Positions 10,256-19,808 of a stretch of DNA of 64,000 nucleotides are shown piece after piece. The position numbers and the translations under genes were made by a program. Each line of letters begins with the position of its first letter. The stretch's first letter is position 1. The DNA is from a virus, in IMG/VR virus record IMGVR_UViG_3300020477_000001, positions 64,001-128,000 of that record; one strand, given 5' to 3'. The notes beneath the pieces are model-generated. The model did no database searches. It saw only the letters and a program-made list of their open reading frames with translations, and was not told where the DNA came from.

Positions 10256-11304
10256 AGTAAGTCCTCCAAGTTTGAGTCGTTTCTTTTAATGTTAATGGCT
10301 TCGCAGCTAGGGTACGGATTACTTTTAGCGTAATCATTAATTATGTATCTTTTGCAATGAAATAGATCGAAGATGATTTTGTGATACTTCAACCCGATCC
10401 TTTCTAGTTGGGATTTGGTTTCTTTTTTGTATCCCCTTTTTCTGGATGTTGTGATTACAACTTGGGCTTTTCCAGAATCGTATAGCTCATTAATTTTTTT
10501 GACGTTAGCAGGAATCGCATCCGTTTCTCCCCAGTATGGAGGAAAGTGTTGTGCGCTATTTTCCACAAGGGTTCCGTCTAAGTCAATGAAGATGCACTTA
10601 TATTTAGATTTAAAATGATTCCAGTCGTCTATTGTCCCCCAGTCGATGAAGTTATTAGTATCGATAGTGGTAAAGCTTTCGCCCTCAATTATCATTTTAT
10701 AAATAACATGAGAGACATAGAGGTCGTCGTAGTGCTTAATCTTGTTGTAGTATTTTCTGAAGTCTCTTGCGTTTTTAAATCCGTAGCACCCCGTGCAGAA
10801 GTCGCTGCTGATTACCTGTTTTTCAACTATGTTGTTAATGTTGTTGTTTTCATCGCAAGAAACGTAGCTTTTGTTGCATGGGTTAAGTAATGTGTGGTTA
10901 TTTAGGTTAGATGTAGATACGAAATTAGAGGCGGTGATTTTAATTTCAAAAAAATTGTCGCAATCTTTAGAGCAGAAAAAGCCTGTTATTTTTTCTTTTT
11001 TTATTGCCTCGAATATTGTCTCTGGTTGACTTAGGGTTGGCTTGCTTAAGTAAGTAATCTTAAAGTTCTTAATGTTGAGTCTAGAGAATTCTTTTTTGAT
11101 TCCTTCGCTAAATTTATATTTACGCTCGTGTTCTTTAAGGCAAACTAGGTACACGCAATCAAAGAAGTCTAAGTTCAGACCTTTGATCGATTCGGTTATC
11201 ATTAGGCTCCCACTGGGGTGAGTGGAGAGCCATTTGGGTTTTACGTCGGGATACCTGCTGGATTTACCCGCTACCGGAAGGATTAAGCTTCTCATGTTTC
11301 TCAT
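10252..11304 (-). CDS. nucleotidyltransferase fused to HAD phosphatase
   Basis: ILPVAGKSSRY..KP NTP-transferase motif, DWGT; C-terminal FIDLDGTL HAD motif I. Confidence 0.75.
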   Translation of the reverse strand: MRNMRSLILPVAGKSSRYPDVKPKWLSTHPSGSLMITESIKGLNLDFFDCVYLVCLKEHERKYKFSEGIKKEFSRLNIKNFKITYLSKPTLSQPETIFEAIKKEKITGFFCSKDCDNFFEIKITASNFVSTSNLNNHTLLNPCNKSYVSCDENNNINNIVEKQVISSDFCTGCYGFKNARDFRKYYNKIKHYDDLYVSHVIYKMIIEGESFTTIDTNNFIDWGTIDDWNHFKSKYKCIFIDLDGTLVENSAQHFPPYWGETDAIPANVKKINELYDSGKAQVVITTSRKRGYKKETKSQLERIGLKYHKIIFDLFHCKRYIINDYAKSNPYPSCEAINIKRNDSNLEDLL

Positions 11305-12323
11305 TTTATATTCTCTAGTACGTAGTTGTACACCCTGCTAATCCCCTCCTCAATGTTGAATTTCGGCTCCCAGTTTAGCTCTTTTTTACACTTTGACATA
11401 TCTGCTATAGAGTTTTTGTGTACTTCCTGTTGTATTCTGTGGGTAGAAAGTTGATTGGTGCAGTTGAATAAAGATTCATATTTATCCCAGTAGTTTTCGG
11501 GTTTTTTGAATTTAGCTTCAATATCTTTACCAGAAACTTCTAAAAATATTTGGTACAGCTTCGGTACTGAGAACCCTGCTCCCGTTCCTATGTTGTAGAT
11601 TCCCATTTGATCGCTTTTAGCGGCTATCTCTGTGACGAGGGATATTAGGTCTTCTACAAAAATATAGTCTCTCTCTGCTGTCGATTGATTGTATAACGTA
11701 GGGGCTTCGTTCTTTGCTAGGCATTTTGCTACGTATCCAGTGAATGGCGGTTGCTTTCTTAGGAAATCTTGGTGGGCTCCGTAGACATTAAAGAATCTGA
11801 GTACAGCTATGCTCATTCCGTAGTTATTAATGTAAGATAGGCATAGATTTTCCCCCGCCCTTTTAGTCATTGCGTAGGTAAGGTCTGGATTTACTGGGTC
11901 GTGTTCGGCGTACCCTGTACTGTACCCTCTTTTCTGTGTTGACTTGGTGTTTTCGTAAACCGCTGAAGTTGACGCGAAGAGGATTCGCGGTACGTTCTTT
12001 TTTCTGCAAGCTTCTAGCACGCTCGCTAGCCCACCTACATTTACACTATAGGCTCTCTGGGGGTCTGTTTGGCAGTCGGGTAGGGGTGCGATTCCAGCTA
12101 GGTGAATAACTAGCTCGCAGTCAGAAAGGGTATTTTCTAGCTCTGGCTGATTTCTTACGTCGCATTCGTGTAGCGTTCCGAAAGTTTTACCATCTATCGT
12201 GAGGTTGTCTTTTTGCCCGTAGCTAAAGTCGTCCAAAAGATGAACGTCGTGACCTAAGTTGTGGTAGTAATGGCCTAGTTGGGAGCCTATAAACCCTGCA
12301 CCTCCTGTGATAACTACCTTCAT
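11301..12323 (-). CDS. NAD-dependent sugar epimerase/dehydratase
   Basis: TGGAGFIG, ASTSAVY, YAMTK, RFFNVYG. Confidence 0.9.
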   Translation of the reverse strand: MKVVITGGAGFIGSQLGHYYHNLGHDVHLLDDFSYGQKDNLTIDGKTFGTLHECDVRNQPELENTLSDCELVIHLAGIAPLPDCQTDPQRAYSVNVGGLASVLEACRKKNVPRILFASTSAVYENTKSTQKRGYSTGYAEHDPVNPDLTYAMTKRAGENLCLSYINNYGMSIAVLRFFNVYGAHQDFLRKQPPFTGYVAKCLAKNEAPTLYNQSTAERDYIFVEDLISLVTEIAAKSDQMGIYNIGTGAGFSVPKLYQIFLEVSGKDIEAKFKKPENYWDKYESLFNCTNQLSTHRIQQEVHKNSIADMSKCKKELNWEPKFNIEEGISRVYNYVLENIK

Positions 12324-13111
12324 AACTTGCTAACTATATCAGAGAGAACGCCTCTTAGGTAGTTAATTTTTTTAAGTTTTCTGGTGTACGGAAGAATTCT
12401 GGCGAAGTTTAAAAATTGAAATAAAAGGTAGTATTTCTTATAGCTTTTGATACTTAAAAAACTGTCATGTAGTCTGACATCCAAGTAGTCTAGGCTTATA
12501 TTTATTTTATTTTTATCGAAGCTTTTTTGGTATAGGTCTAGTGACCACTTATAGCGAGTGTCCTGTCTTAATTTGGCTACATCTATTAGTGGCGTTTCAA
12601 TGAATCCATCTAAGAAGTCAATTAGTATTAGCTTGTTTTTTTGGAATATTATATTACTTAGAGTTAGGTCTCCATGGCATGTGCCTATTGGAATCTCTAG
12701 TTTGTCCGGTAGGAGGTCTATGAACTTTAGTAGGCAGAGTATTTTTTTCTTGTTGTATATTTGTAGTATTTTATTCTTGATTACTTTAGAGTCGATCTCT
12801 TGAGTCTCGGAAAAAGATATGCTCTCTTGCACATAAGAGAATATATCCTCTGAAAATTTGTCTATTTCTTTTTTACCCGCTTCGGAGAGGAACGAGACGA
12901 AGTCCTTACCTGCTGCGTACTCCATGGAAAAAGAGTTTTCGGTGCTGTCTAGCACTTTGGGTGTGCTTAGGAATTTAAGGCCGCTTTTGAATTTGCTTTG
13001 CTTGAGCCTTTGCTTCTTGAGTCTGTCGTTGTACTGGAAACTTGGCGAGGTTTTAATTACCTTGCCATTTTTAAGTTCTACTTCGCATCCAGAAAAACCC
13101 TTGAGGTTCAT
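12320..13111 (-). CDS. APH/choline-kinase-like phosphotransferase
   Basis: CHGDLTLSNI Brenner motif, LIDF, DVAKLRQD. Confidence 0.75.
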   Translation of the reverse strand: MNLKGFSGCEVELKNGKVIKTSPSFQYNDRLKKQRLKQSKFKSGLKFLSTPKVLDSTENSFSMEYAAGKDFVSFLSEAGKKEIDKFSEDIFSYVQESISFSETQEIDSKVIKNKILQIYNKKKILCLLKFIDLLPDKLEIPIGTCHGDLTLSNIIFQKNKLILIDFLDGFIETPLIDVAKLRQDTRYKWSLDLYQKSFDKNKINISLDYLDVRLHDSFLSIKSYKKYYLLFQFLNFARILPYTRKLKKINYLRGVLSDIVSKL

Positions 13112-13833
13112 TTTACTCCTTTAAACCTAGGGTAGTCCTTCATGTTTTTGTCCTTGTGTATGAGTAGTTTTGGGAAAACCATTTCCCAGTTCTCTGGGTA
13201 TGCGAACCCGCTGTGGAAAACCGTTACCCTGTCTTTAAAGTCTATGAATCCTTTGTTTAGGTGAGATTCGTCGTGCCACCTCGCTACAACGTTAACCGAC
13301 AGGTCGTCGTCAATTCTTTGCTTCATTAAATTAATGAATTCTAATATGTCTGGGTTCTTGCCACCCCAGAAGCAGCCTTGCTTGTAAGCTGTGTTTTCAT
13401 TCGTTGTGCCAGCGGGCACGCAAGCCAGAGACTCTTCATTTGTTTCGAAATCTGCTAAACCGTATATGGCTTGACCGGGGTGCTGGACTCCAAATAGGCT
13501 ATGATACATGGAGAGCCAGTCTTCTGATATTTCATCGACGGCCTCCATGTCTGAGTCAATGAAAATTATATCTGAGTACTCTTTAAGTTTTTCTTCCTGT
13601 TTTAGTATGTAGTGAAACCTTTTAAGTGTTACGTATGGCCATTCTTCGTGTTCTATTTCAGTGATGATTAAGTTGTCTACCTTTAGTGAGTCGTGCTCTG
13701 GCTGATCTGTGAACACAAAAAAATCTTTGTGAGTTTTGGGTAGAAAAAATTTATTAATAGAACTGTAATAAGATTCAAAAAAATCTATATACTTCTTAGT
13801 TCCGATGAAGATTATGGCTATACGAGGTTCCAT
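13108..13833 (-). CDS. GT6 family glycosyltransferase (alpha-1,3-Gal/GalNAc transferase-like)
   Basis: IGTKKY, FVFTD, WP.VTL.RF, FIDSD, QGCFWGG, WHDESHLN. Confidence 0.85.
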   Translation of the reverse strand: MEPRIAIIFIGTKKYIDFFESYYSSINKFFLPKTHKDFFVFTDQPEHDSLKVDNLIITEIEHEEWPYVTLKRFHYILKQEEKLKEYSDIIFIDSDMEAVDEISEDWLSMYHSLFGVQHPGQAIYGLADFETNEESLACVPAGTTNENTAYKQGCFWGGKNPDILEFINLMKQRIDDDLSVNVVARWHDESHLNKGFIDFKDRVTVFHSGFAYPENWEMVFPKLLIHKDKNMKDYPRFKGVK

Positions 13834-14657
13834 GTTGTCGGTATTAGGTCTTTTATGTAGTTATACCCGTTGTCTAGGTTGTATATTTTGGGGGTATGTT
13901 CGTCTGTAAACCAGTTCTTGGGGGCGCATACCTTCTTGTTCGTGTTCTTATTTAGGTATGCTGCCCACCAGCTAAAGCTAGAGTTGCATATGATTGAGTC
14001 TTTGAATTTACTCATAAGCGCAAACTCAATTAAATCCTCTCTGAGGAAGTGCTGTGACTCATTTTCGGAGTCTTGAGTGGTAGGGTTTTTTGAGTGTTCT
14101 CTTTCAGATATGAATTCGCAGTTGTATGAAGAGAAGGTTTCTTTGCACCAGTCTATATCATCAGAGAATACGGCAAATTTACTGCACCCGATGAAGTTGA
14201 GACAGTTATTGTAATAGTCTACACTTTGTGATTCATATACCGCCGAAAGGGTTTCGTAGTCACCTCTTCTTACATGGACGAACGCTGAGCATTCTCTTAG
14301 TGTGTCTGAGTACTTTTCGGAAATATAGTTTTCTATTTCGCTAGAGAATTCGAAAATTTTTCTAATTTCTTTTTCTGAGTTTTCAAAATACTTATAAGAT
14401 TGAAAGTATCCATTAAGACCTATTGGCCTAACTGGCTCTGGTAACTTTATCTCTTGGTAGTTGCAGTATTTTTCTTGTAGAATGTCTCTTACTAGTATTT
14501 TCGCTGTTGGGAGGCGATTTTTAAAAAATTGCTGATAATCCCATTCGGGAAAAATAGCTAACTGGTTGCTGGTTTTAGCAATACCAATTGTGGAGGATAT
14601 TTGGAATAATTGATTACCAAGTCTTCCTAATTTTCCTAGGTTTGGAAAGGATATCAT
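13818..14657 (-). CDS. GT11 alpha-1,2-fucosyltransferase
   Basis: GRLGNQLFQ, GYFQSYKYF, HVRRGDY, FSDDIDWCK, NSSFSWWAAYL. Confidence 0.9.
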   Translation of the reverse strand: MISFPNLGKLGRLGNQLFQISSTIGIAKTSNQLAIFPEWDYQQFFKNRLPTAKILVRDILQEKYCNYQEIKLPEPVRPIGLNGYFQSYKYFENSEKEIRKIFEFSSEIENYISEKYSDTLRECSAFVHVRRGDYETLSAVYESQSVDYYNNCLNFIGCSKFAVFSDDIDWCKETFSSYNCEFISEREHSKNPTTQDSENESQHFLREDLIEFALMSKFKDSIICNSSFSWWAAYLNKNTNKKVCAPKNWFTDEHTPKIYNLDNGYNYIKDLIPTTWNLV

Positions 14658-14658
14658 T

Positions 14659-15612
14659 TTAGATGTTCTCCTCTATCCATTTAAATAGCTCGCACTTCGG
14701 TTCCCAGCCAAGCATTTTTTTTGCCTTGGAGTTGTCGCACAACGTTTTCCTTGGTTCAAATCTTGGGTCTATGTGTTTAATTTCTCCTCCAATTTTTTTT
14801 GCAATGTCGAGAATCTTGTAGTCTTTTCCGTTACCTATATTGAATACGTGGAAGCCTTCGTCTGTTTCTGGTCGCGTTGCGGCTAGTATATTCGCGTCAC
14901 AGATATCTCTGACATTAACGAAGTCTCTGGACTGTAGGCCATCCCCAGTAATAGTTAAAGGTTTGCCTTCATTCTTCAATCTCTTAAAAATACCCATAAT
15001 TGGGACATATGGACCTTCAGTCGGCTGTCTGTATCCGTAGGCATTAAAGTACCTCAAAGCTACGCTGTTTAATTTAAATAAATTAAAAAATAATTGCAAG
15101 TATACCTCCCCGATGAGCTTGTGTGCAGCGTATGGGCTAAGCGGGTCACTCGGCATGTCTTCTGGTGTGGGGAGCGTTTTTGCGTCACCGAGTACTGCGC
15201 TTGTCGAGCTAAAGATAACTTTTTGTACTTGCGCTTTTTTTGCAGCCAAGAAAACATTTAGTGAGCCGTTGACATTGACATCATGGAATGTGACGGGGTC
15301 TTGTATTGACTGCTCAACCCTTGGTCTGGCAGCTAAGTGGAAAACGTATTTTGAGTTGCGGAAAACCTTGTATAGCTCTTGAACGCCGTCTCTTATGTCC
15401 ATTTTGTGGATAGTGACCATATCTGGATCGCTCTCTGACTCTTTTATATTTGCACCTAGCACTACTTGATTCGGGAAGTGCAAGGGCAAGCCTTCGTAAG
15501 TTGAGTAATCGTCAACCACATGTACGTCGTACCCTAGGTCAAAGAGTTTTTTCGTGAGGTTACTTCCTATGAATCCGCAGCCTCCAGTAACTATAACCTT
15601 GTCTTTAGCCAT
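14659..15612 (-). CDS. NAD-dependent epimerase (UDP-hexose/HexNAc 4-epimerase-like)
   Basis: TGGCGFIG, SPYAAHK, RYFNAYG, GDGLQSRDFV. Confidence 0.9.
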   Translation of the reverse strand: MAKDKVIVTGGCGFIGSNLTKKLFDLGYDVHVVDDYSTYEGLPLHFPNQVVLGANIKESESDPDMVTIHKMDIRDGVQELYKVFRNSKYVFHLAARPRVEQSIQDPVTFHDVNVNGSLNVFLAAKKAQVQKVIFSSTSAVLGDAKTLPTPEDMPSDPLSPYAAHKLIGEVYLQLFFNLFKLNSVALRYFNAYGYRQPTEGPYVPIMGIFKRLKNEGKPLTITGDGLQSRDFVNVRDICDANILAATRPETDEGFHVFNIGNGKDYKILDIAKKIGGEIKHIDPRFEPRKTLCDNSKAKKMLGWEPKCELFKWIEENI

Positions 15613-16564
15613 ATTTCTTTACCATTTTGTTGTATAGGGGGCATCCACTTTCATACCAGTCTACAGAGTCTCTAAGTATGCCTCCGTATTTGGAAAGTAG
15701 ATTTTGGTATGCTATTGTTATGAAAAAGTTTCCGAAATGGACTCTCAGCCCATATCTTAGTACGTCTGCACATTCCGCTTCCATTCCCTTGTGTAGGAAA
15801 GATTCTGCAAATTTAGCTATATCTTCTGGTGTGTTTTCCCAGTTTAGCTGGGTTACCCAGTTTTGACTTCTGTTTTCTCTTCTGTATCTAACCACCCTGC
15901 CGACAGATGTGTATTTGGCGTCATCGTGAAAGGATACCATTTTGTGATTGTGTTTGATTTTGAATCCAGATTCCCTGCACCTTAAAGCGAAGTCAGTATC
16001 TTCGTTGTGCTTACCCTTCCTGTAATCTTCCATGTTTGACATGTTGTAGAATCCGTAAGTCTCAGAATCCCACTGTAACCTTTCGAATACATGCCTTTTC
16101 ATGACCCAAGCCATACCTCCAGACATGTAGATATAATCTGAATCCTCTTCTGGCTCCAGCATTACGTGACCCCTTTCGGGGTCTAAATAGCAGCAGTGAT
16201 CCCAGAATCTAGTGCCATCTGGTAGCTTTACTCGCGATGTTAGTATGTCGAAGTCGTTTCCGTATTTAGTGAACTCAGAATACCAATCTTCAGACAAAAA
16301 CATGTCATCGTCTAAAACCAGAATATTATCAAATTTGGCTGCTGAGCACGCTAGGTTTCTCATTTCTGCCAGATTTCCAGAATCAGCAGCTTTTTTAGCG
16401 TTAACGAATTTATACTCTCCTTTTTGCTTCCAGATTCCAGAGATTATGATTTCAAAGTTAGGAATATTTTGGGAAATTATGGAGTTTATTACCCTGTTTG
16501 TTTGTACGGGTTTTTTTCCATTCGTTATGATTATGCAAGATAAATCCATAAATGTATAGCTCAA
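15605..16564 (-). CDS. GT2 family glycosyltransferase
   Basis: RNLAC..AKFD.ILVLDDD, EDTDFALR. Confidence 0.75.
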   Translation of the reverse strand: MSYTFMDLSCIIITNGKKPVQTNRVINSIISQNIPNFEIIISGIWKQKGEYKFVNAKKAADSGNLAEMRNLACSAAKFDNILVLDDDMFLSEDWYSEFTKYGNDFDILTSRVKLPDGTRFWDHCCYLDPERGHVMLEPEEDSDYIYMSGGMAWVMKRHVFERLQWDSETYGFYNMSNMEDYRKGKHNEDTDFALRCRESGFKIKHNHKMVSFHDDAKYTSVGRVVRYRRENRSQNWVTQLNWENTPEDIAKFAESFLHKGMEAECADVLRYGLRVHFGNFFITIAYQNLLSKYGGILRDSVDWYESGCPLYNKMVKKYG

Positions 16565-16608
16565 GGCTGATACATTATATAGGATTTTTTAAGGAAAGCA
16601 ACAGCGTT

Positions 16609-16908
16609 TTAGCTGCGATTATTGGTTAAATGATCGATTTTTTCTTCGATTCTATCAAACCTGTGGTGGACTACTTTTACTAGGTCTTGGAAGTCTGACT
16701 TAGATACGTATTTTTCTGGAAGGCTGAGCGCTAGGTCGTTTATTTTTTGCCTAGCTTCCTTAAGGTCGTTCTCGTGGTGTTCCCATAGTTTATCTATGTC
16801 TTTGGCGTTTTCTTGGGTTTTAGCCCACACCACTTTAAGAATCCAACCACCAAAGAAGGTTATTAATCCTATCACTACATTCATGAAGAACTGAAAATCA
16901 ACTTCCAT
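16609..16908 (-). CDS. small membrane-anchored coiled-coil protein (holin-like?)
   Basis: N-terminal TM helix then coiled coil ending FDRIEEKID; preceded by GTGTAATT motif. Confidence 0.5.
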   Translation of the reverse strand: MEVDFQFFMNVVIGLITFFGGWILKVVWAKTQENAKDIDKLWEHHENDLKEARQKINDLALSLPEKYVSKSDFQDLVKVVHHRFDRIEEKIDHLTNNRS

Positions 16909-16991
16909 ACTTTTAATTACACATTTTTAAGGTTTTTAAATTTTTTTTTTTTAATAATAGGGTGTAAGTATCTTGTGTGTGAAGCTTTTTT

Positions 16992-17843
16992 ATGCTCATT
17001 TCTGTGGAAGAATTCATGACTAATATAAAAAAATACCTAGCTAAATACCAAGGAATTAAGGTCAAGTATGTGCCAAACTCCGGTAACGCTGGGGATTCTT
17101 TTATAGGATTTGCTACCGTGCAGATGTTCAAGGAGTTGAATCTCGATTACAAAATCTGCAAGCATGACGAGGTATTTGAAGGGGATAGTATAATTTACGG
17201 AGGCGGTGGAAGCCTAATACGTAAGTATAGTGGTTCTAGGAATTTTTTGTTAAAAAACCACGAGAAGAATGATATCGTAGTTCTTCCCCATTCTTTCCAT
17301 GATTGCGATGATTTGCTAGCTTCTCTCTCGGAGAGAGTTACCTTGATCGCTAGAGAAAAAATTTCTTATAATTATATAAAGTCCAAGGCTAATTATTTGA
17401 GTAATTGTTTATTGTCGCATGACATGGCTTTCCACATCAAAGATATAAGTAGATACAGGGACAGGAGTTGCGTCGGTGTATGTAACTCGTTTAGGGTTGA
17501 TGACGAGCTTAGAGACAGTAAAGATCGAGTTAAAGTCCCAGAAGGCAACAAGGACATATCAATAGACTTTCAACGACCAATGTTCATGAGGAATTGGGGT
17601 ATTCCTAATGATACAAATACTCAAGTAGAAAAAAATCTGAGCGTTGCAACTGATAATATGTTTTCTTATCTTTCGAAATTTGAGAAAATTAATACTAATC
17701 GTTTGCACGTTGGAATTGCCGCAGCGCTAATAGGTAAGGAGGTTAATTTGTATCGGGGTTCTTATCATAAGATTGTGGGGATATATGAATTTTCTATCGC
17801 AGGTAAGTTTGATAACGTTGTATTTCATAATAGTAATCCATGA
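16992..17843 (+). CDS. polysaccharide pyruvyl transferase family protein
   Basis: GNAGD, GGGGS, LPHS, ARE..SY, HDMAF, TNRLHVGI. Confidence 0.8.
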   Translation: MLISVEEFMTNIKKYLAKYQGIKVKYVPNSGNAGDSFIGFATVQMFKELNLDYKICKHDEVFEGDSIIYGGGGSLIRKYSGSRNFLLKNHEKNDIVVLPHSFHDCDDLLASLSERVTLIAREKISYNYIKSKANYLSNCLLSHDMAFHIKDISRYRDRSCVGVCNSFRVDDELRDSKDRVKVPEGNKDISIDFQRPMFMRNWGIPNDTNTQVEKNLSVATDNMFSYLSKFEKINTNRLHVGIAAALIGKEVNLYRGSYHKIVGIYEFSIAGKFDNVVFHNSNP

Positions 17844-18763
17844 AGTATTATCTGTCAGCAGCTTTAACAATAAAAACGAAGTGGTTCGACTCCCTCAAAG
17901 AGTGGTTTCTGTGGAATAAGTTCATAGGTGTAGAGCATTTTTATATTGTTGATGACAATAAAGGTAAGCCTCTGAGAGACTTTTTTAGAAACTTCTCTAG
18001 TGATATTACTTTTATAGAAGATGTCGAGGCTGATAGCAACATCCCCCAAAGAGATTTATTTAAAAAGATATATAACGAGTACAATCATGAATCGCACTGG
18101 TTGGCATTTGTAGACGATGATGAATACATAATGTCTTTGCAGGAGTTAAGCTTTTTAGATTTCTTAAGGTCTGTGGAGAACAGGAACGGTGTAGAATTAG
18201 CTTCTAGGTTTTTCGGGCCTCATGGTTATGAAAAGCACGAAGGGTTAAAGTGTCATGAGAATACATTAACTCTAGACAGGTATTGGCTTTATGAGTCTAA
18301 ACCTATTCTGAAAACCATAGTAAACTCTAGGATCGTTGGGAATTTAAGTGATGGCGGAAGTGTTCATAGATTGCTATCCGAGGGTGCAGTTGACTGTTTC
18401 GGGAATCAAGTAGAGTCCATTAATGAAACTCAAATACATAATAACTGGGGCTTCGATGACAAGGTGGTTAATGACGCAGGGAGGATTCATAATCCTAGAT
18501 TTGTAATCAATCATTATGGTCTTAGGAGTCTGGAAGAAATAGAATACAAGTTGTTTGAAAGAGGCTTTGCGGAAGGGGAGAGAATCTCGGATGGAGGAGT
18601 GACGTATAGGGCTCATAAACTACTCAAGCAACTCTTTTCTACAACTAAGCATAATAATTTAAACCATAGGGGCAATTTTAATAATTTTTATTTTAAATCA
18701 TGTCTACCTAACACTAGGTCTGAGTTTCTTGATTACTATAATAAGAATCGAGGTAAATTCTAA
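17840..18763 (+). CDS. GT92/GT2-like glycosyltransferase
   Basis: LKEW...GVEHFYI.DD, WLAFVDDDEY, INHY. Confidence 0.7.
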   Translation: MKYYLSAALTIKTKWFDSLKEWFLWNKFIGVEHFYIVDDNKGKPLRDFFRNFSSDITFIEDVEADSNIPQRDLFKKIYNEYNHESHWLAFVDDDEYIMSLQELSFLDFLRSVENRNGVELASRFFGPHGYEKHEGLKCHENTLTLDRYWLYESKPILKTIVNSRIVGNLSDGGSVHRLLSEGAVDCFGNQVESINETQIHNNWGFDDKVVNDAGRIHNPRFVINHYGLRSLEEIEYKLFERGFAEGERISDGGVTYRAHKLLKQLFSTTKHNNLNHRGNFNNFYFKSCLPNTRSEFLDYYNKNRGKF

Positions 18764-19771
18764 CTAAAAATCATCTACTAGCACCCCAGAGCTCTGATAA
18801 TCTTTAACTTTTCTCTCAAAGAAGTTAGTCATAGCTCCGGTATCTACAACTTCAGACAGCCAAGGGAACGGGTTGTTATCGCTGTCGAAGCGATAGTCAA
18901 TCCCGATACCCTCAAGCCGCCTGTTGCCGATATATTGCATATAGTCAACGAACATATCTGCATTTAGTCCAAGGATGCCACGAGGCAGGACATCGTGAGC
19001 GTATTTAATTTCAAGCTCTACGGCTTTTTTAATATGCTCTACTGTTTCTTCCTCGAACTTTTTCGTCCACACCGATGAGTATTGTTCTTTAATTGTGTTA
19101 ATTAAGTATGTGCCGAACTTAATGTGTAGGCTTTCATCCCTTAACGTGTATCTGATTTGATCGGAAAGACCGGGTAATTTGTTTTGACGACCAAGGGCGA
19201 GTAACATCGCGAAGCCGCTAAAGAAAAATGTTCCTTCGCATACAATATAGTAAGTAATTAAGTTCCTTAAGAATTCTTTTTTGCCTTCTGTTGTTTTAGT
19301 TGAGAAATCTTGCCTGTTGACATCAGACGTTATGCTAATTAAAAAGTCGTCTTTAGCTTTTATTGACTCTATGTTGTTGTAAGCTTCGTATACTTCAGAT
19401 ACTTTGAGTCCGTAGCTATCACAGCATGTGACTACGGTCCAGTTATGTAGTGATTCTTCATATGCTTGGCGCATTATGTATTGACCGCACTCCGCGTCAG
19501 TTATCCATTTTGCGACATTAAGTAGTAAATTATTGCCAACCAAGGACTCACTTCCAGCGAAAAAGCCAAGGCATCTTTTAACGAGTAGTTTTTCATCTTT
19601 TGATAGCGTTCCGTCTTTCCATTGTTCGATATCATTGGACATGTTTATTTCTGCTGGGGACCAACTATTGGCTACTCCCTTAAGAAACAAGTCCCAAGCA
19701 AATTGATGTTTATGAGGGAGTATTTGGTTTACTCCAGTCGTGTTCTCCTCTAATAATAATCCACTTTTCAT
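18764..19771 (-). CDS. nrdB: ribonucleotide reductase small subunit (class Ic-like R2)
   Basis: FFAGSE, EESLHNWTV, EGTFFFSGF, RDESLH, NFFERKV.DY. Confidence 0.92.
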   Translation of the reverse strand: MKSGLLLEENTTGVNQILPHKHQFAWDLFLKGVANSWSPAEINMSNDIEQWKDGTLSKDEKLLVKRCLGFFAGSESLVGNNLLLNVAKWITDAECGQYIMRQAYEESLHNWTVVTCCDSYGLKVSEVYEAYNNIESIKAKDDFLISITSDVNRQDFSTKTTEGKKEFLRNLITYYIVCEGTFFFSGFAMLLALGRQNKLPGLSDQIRYTLRDESLHIKFGTYLINTIKEQYSSVWTKKFEEETVEHIKKAVELEIKYAHDVLPRGILGLNADMFVDYMQYIGNRRLEGIGIDYRFDSDNNPFPWLSEVVDTGAMTNFFERKVKDYQSSGVLVDDF

Positions 19772-19808
19772 TCGTGTCGCATCCGTGTTGATTCTGTGTT
19801 TTAGTTCC

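Noticed and set aside
1529-18763. Bacterial chromosomal O-antigen/capsule locus
   Set aside because: No Wzx/Wzy/ABC export genes; flanked by UvsX-like and phage nucleotide-metabolism genes and shares the phage promoter motifs.
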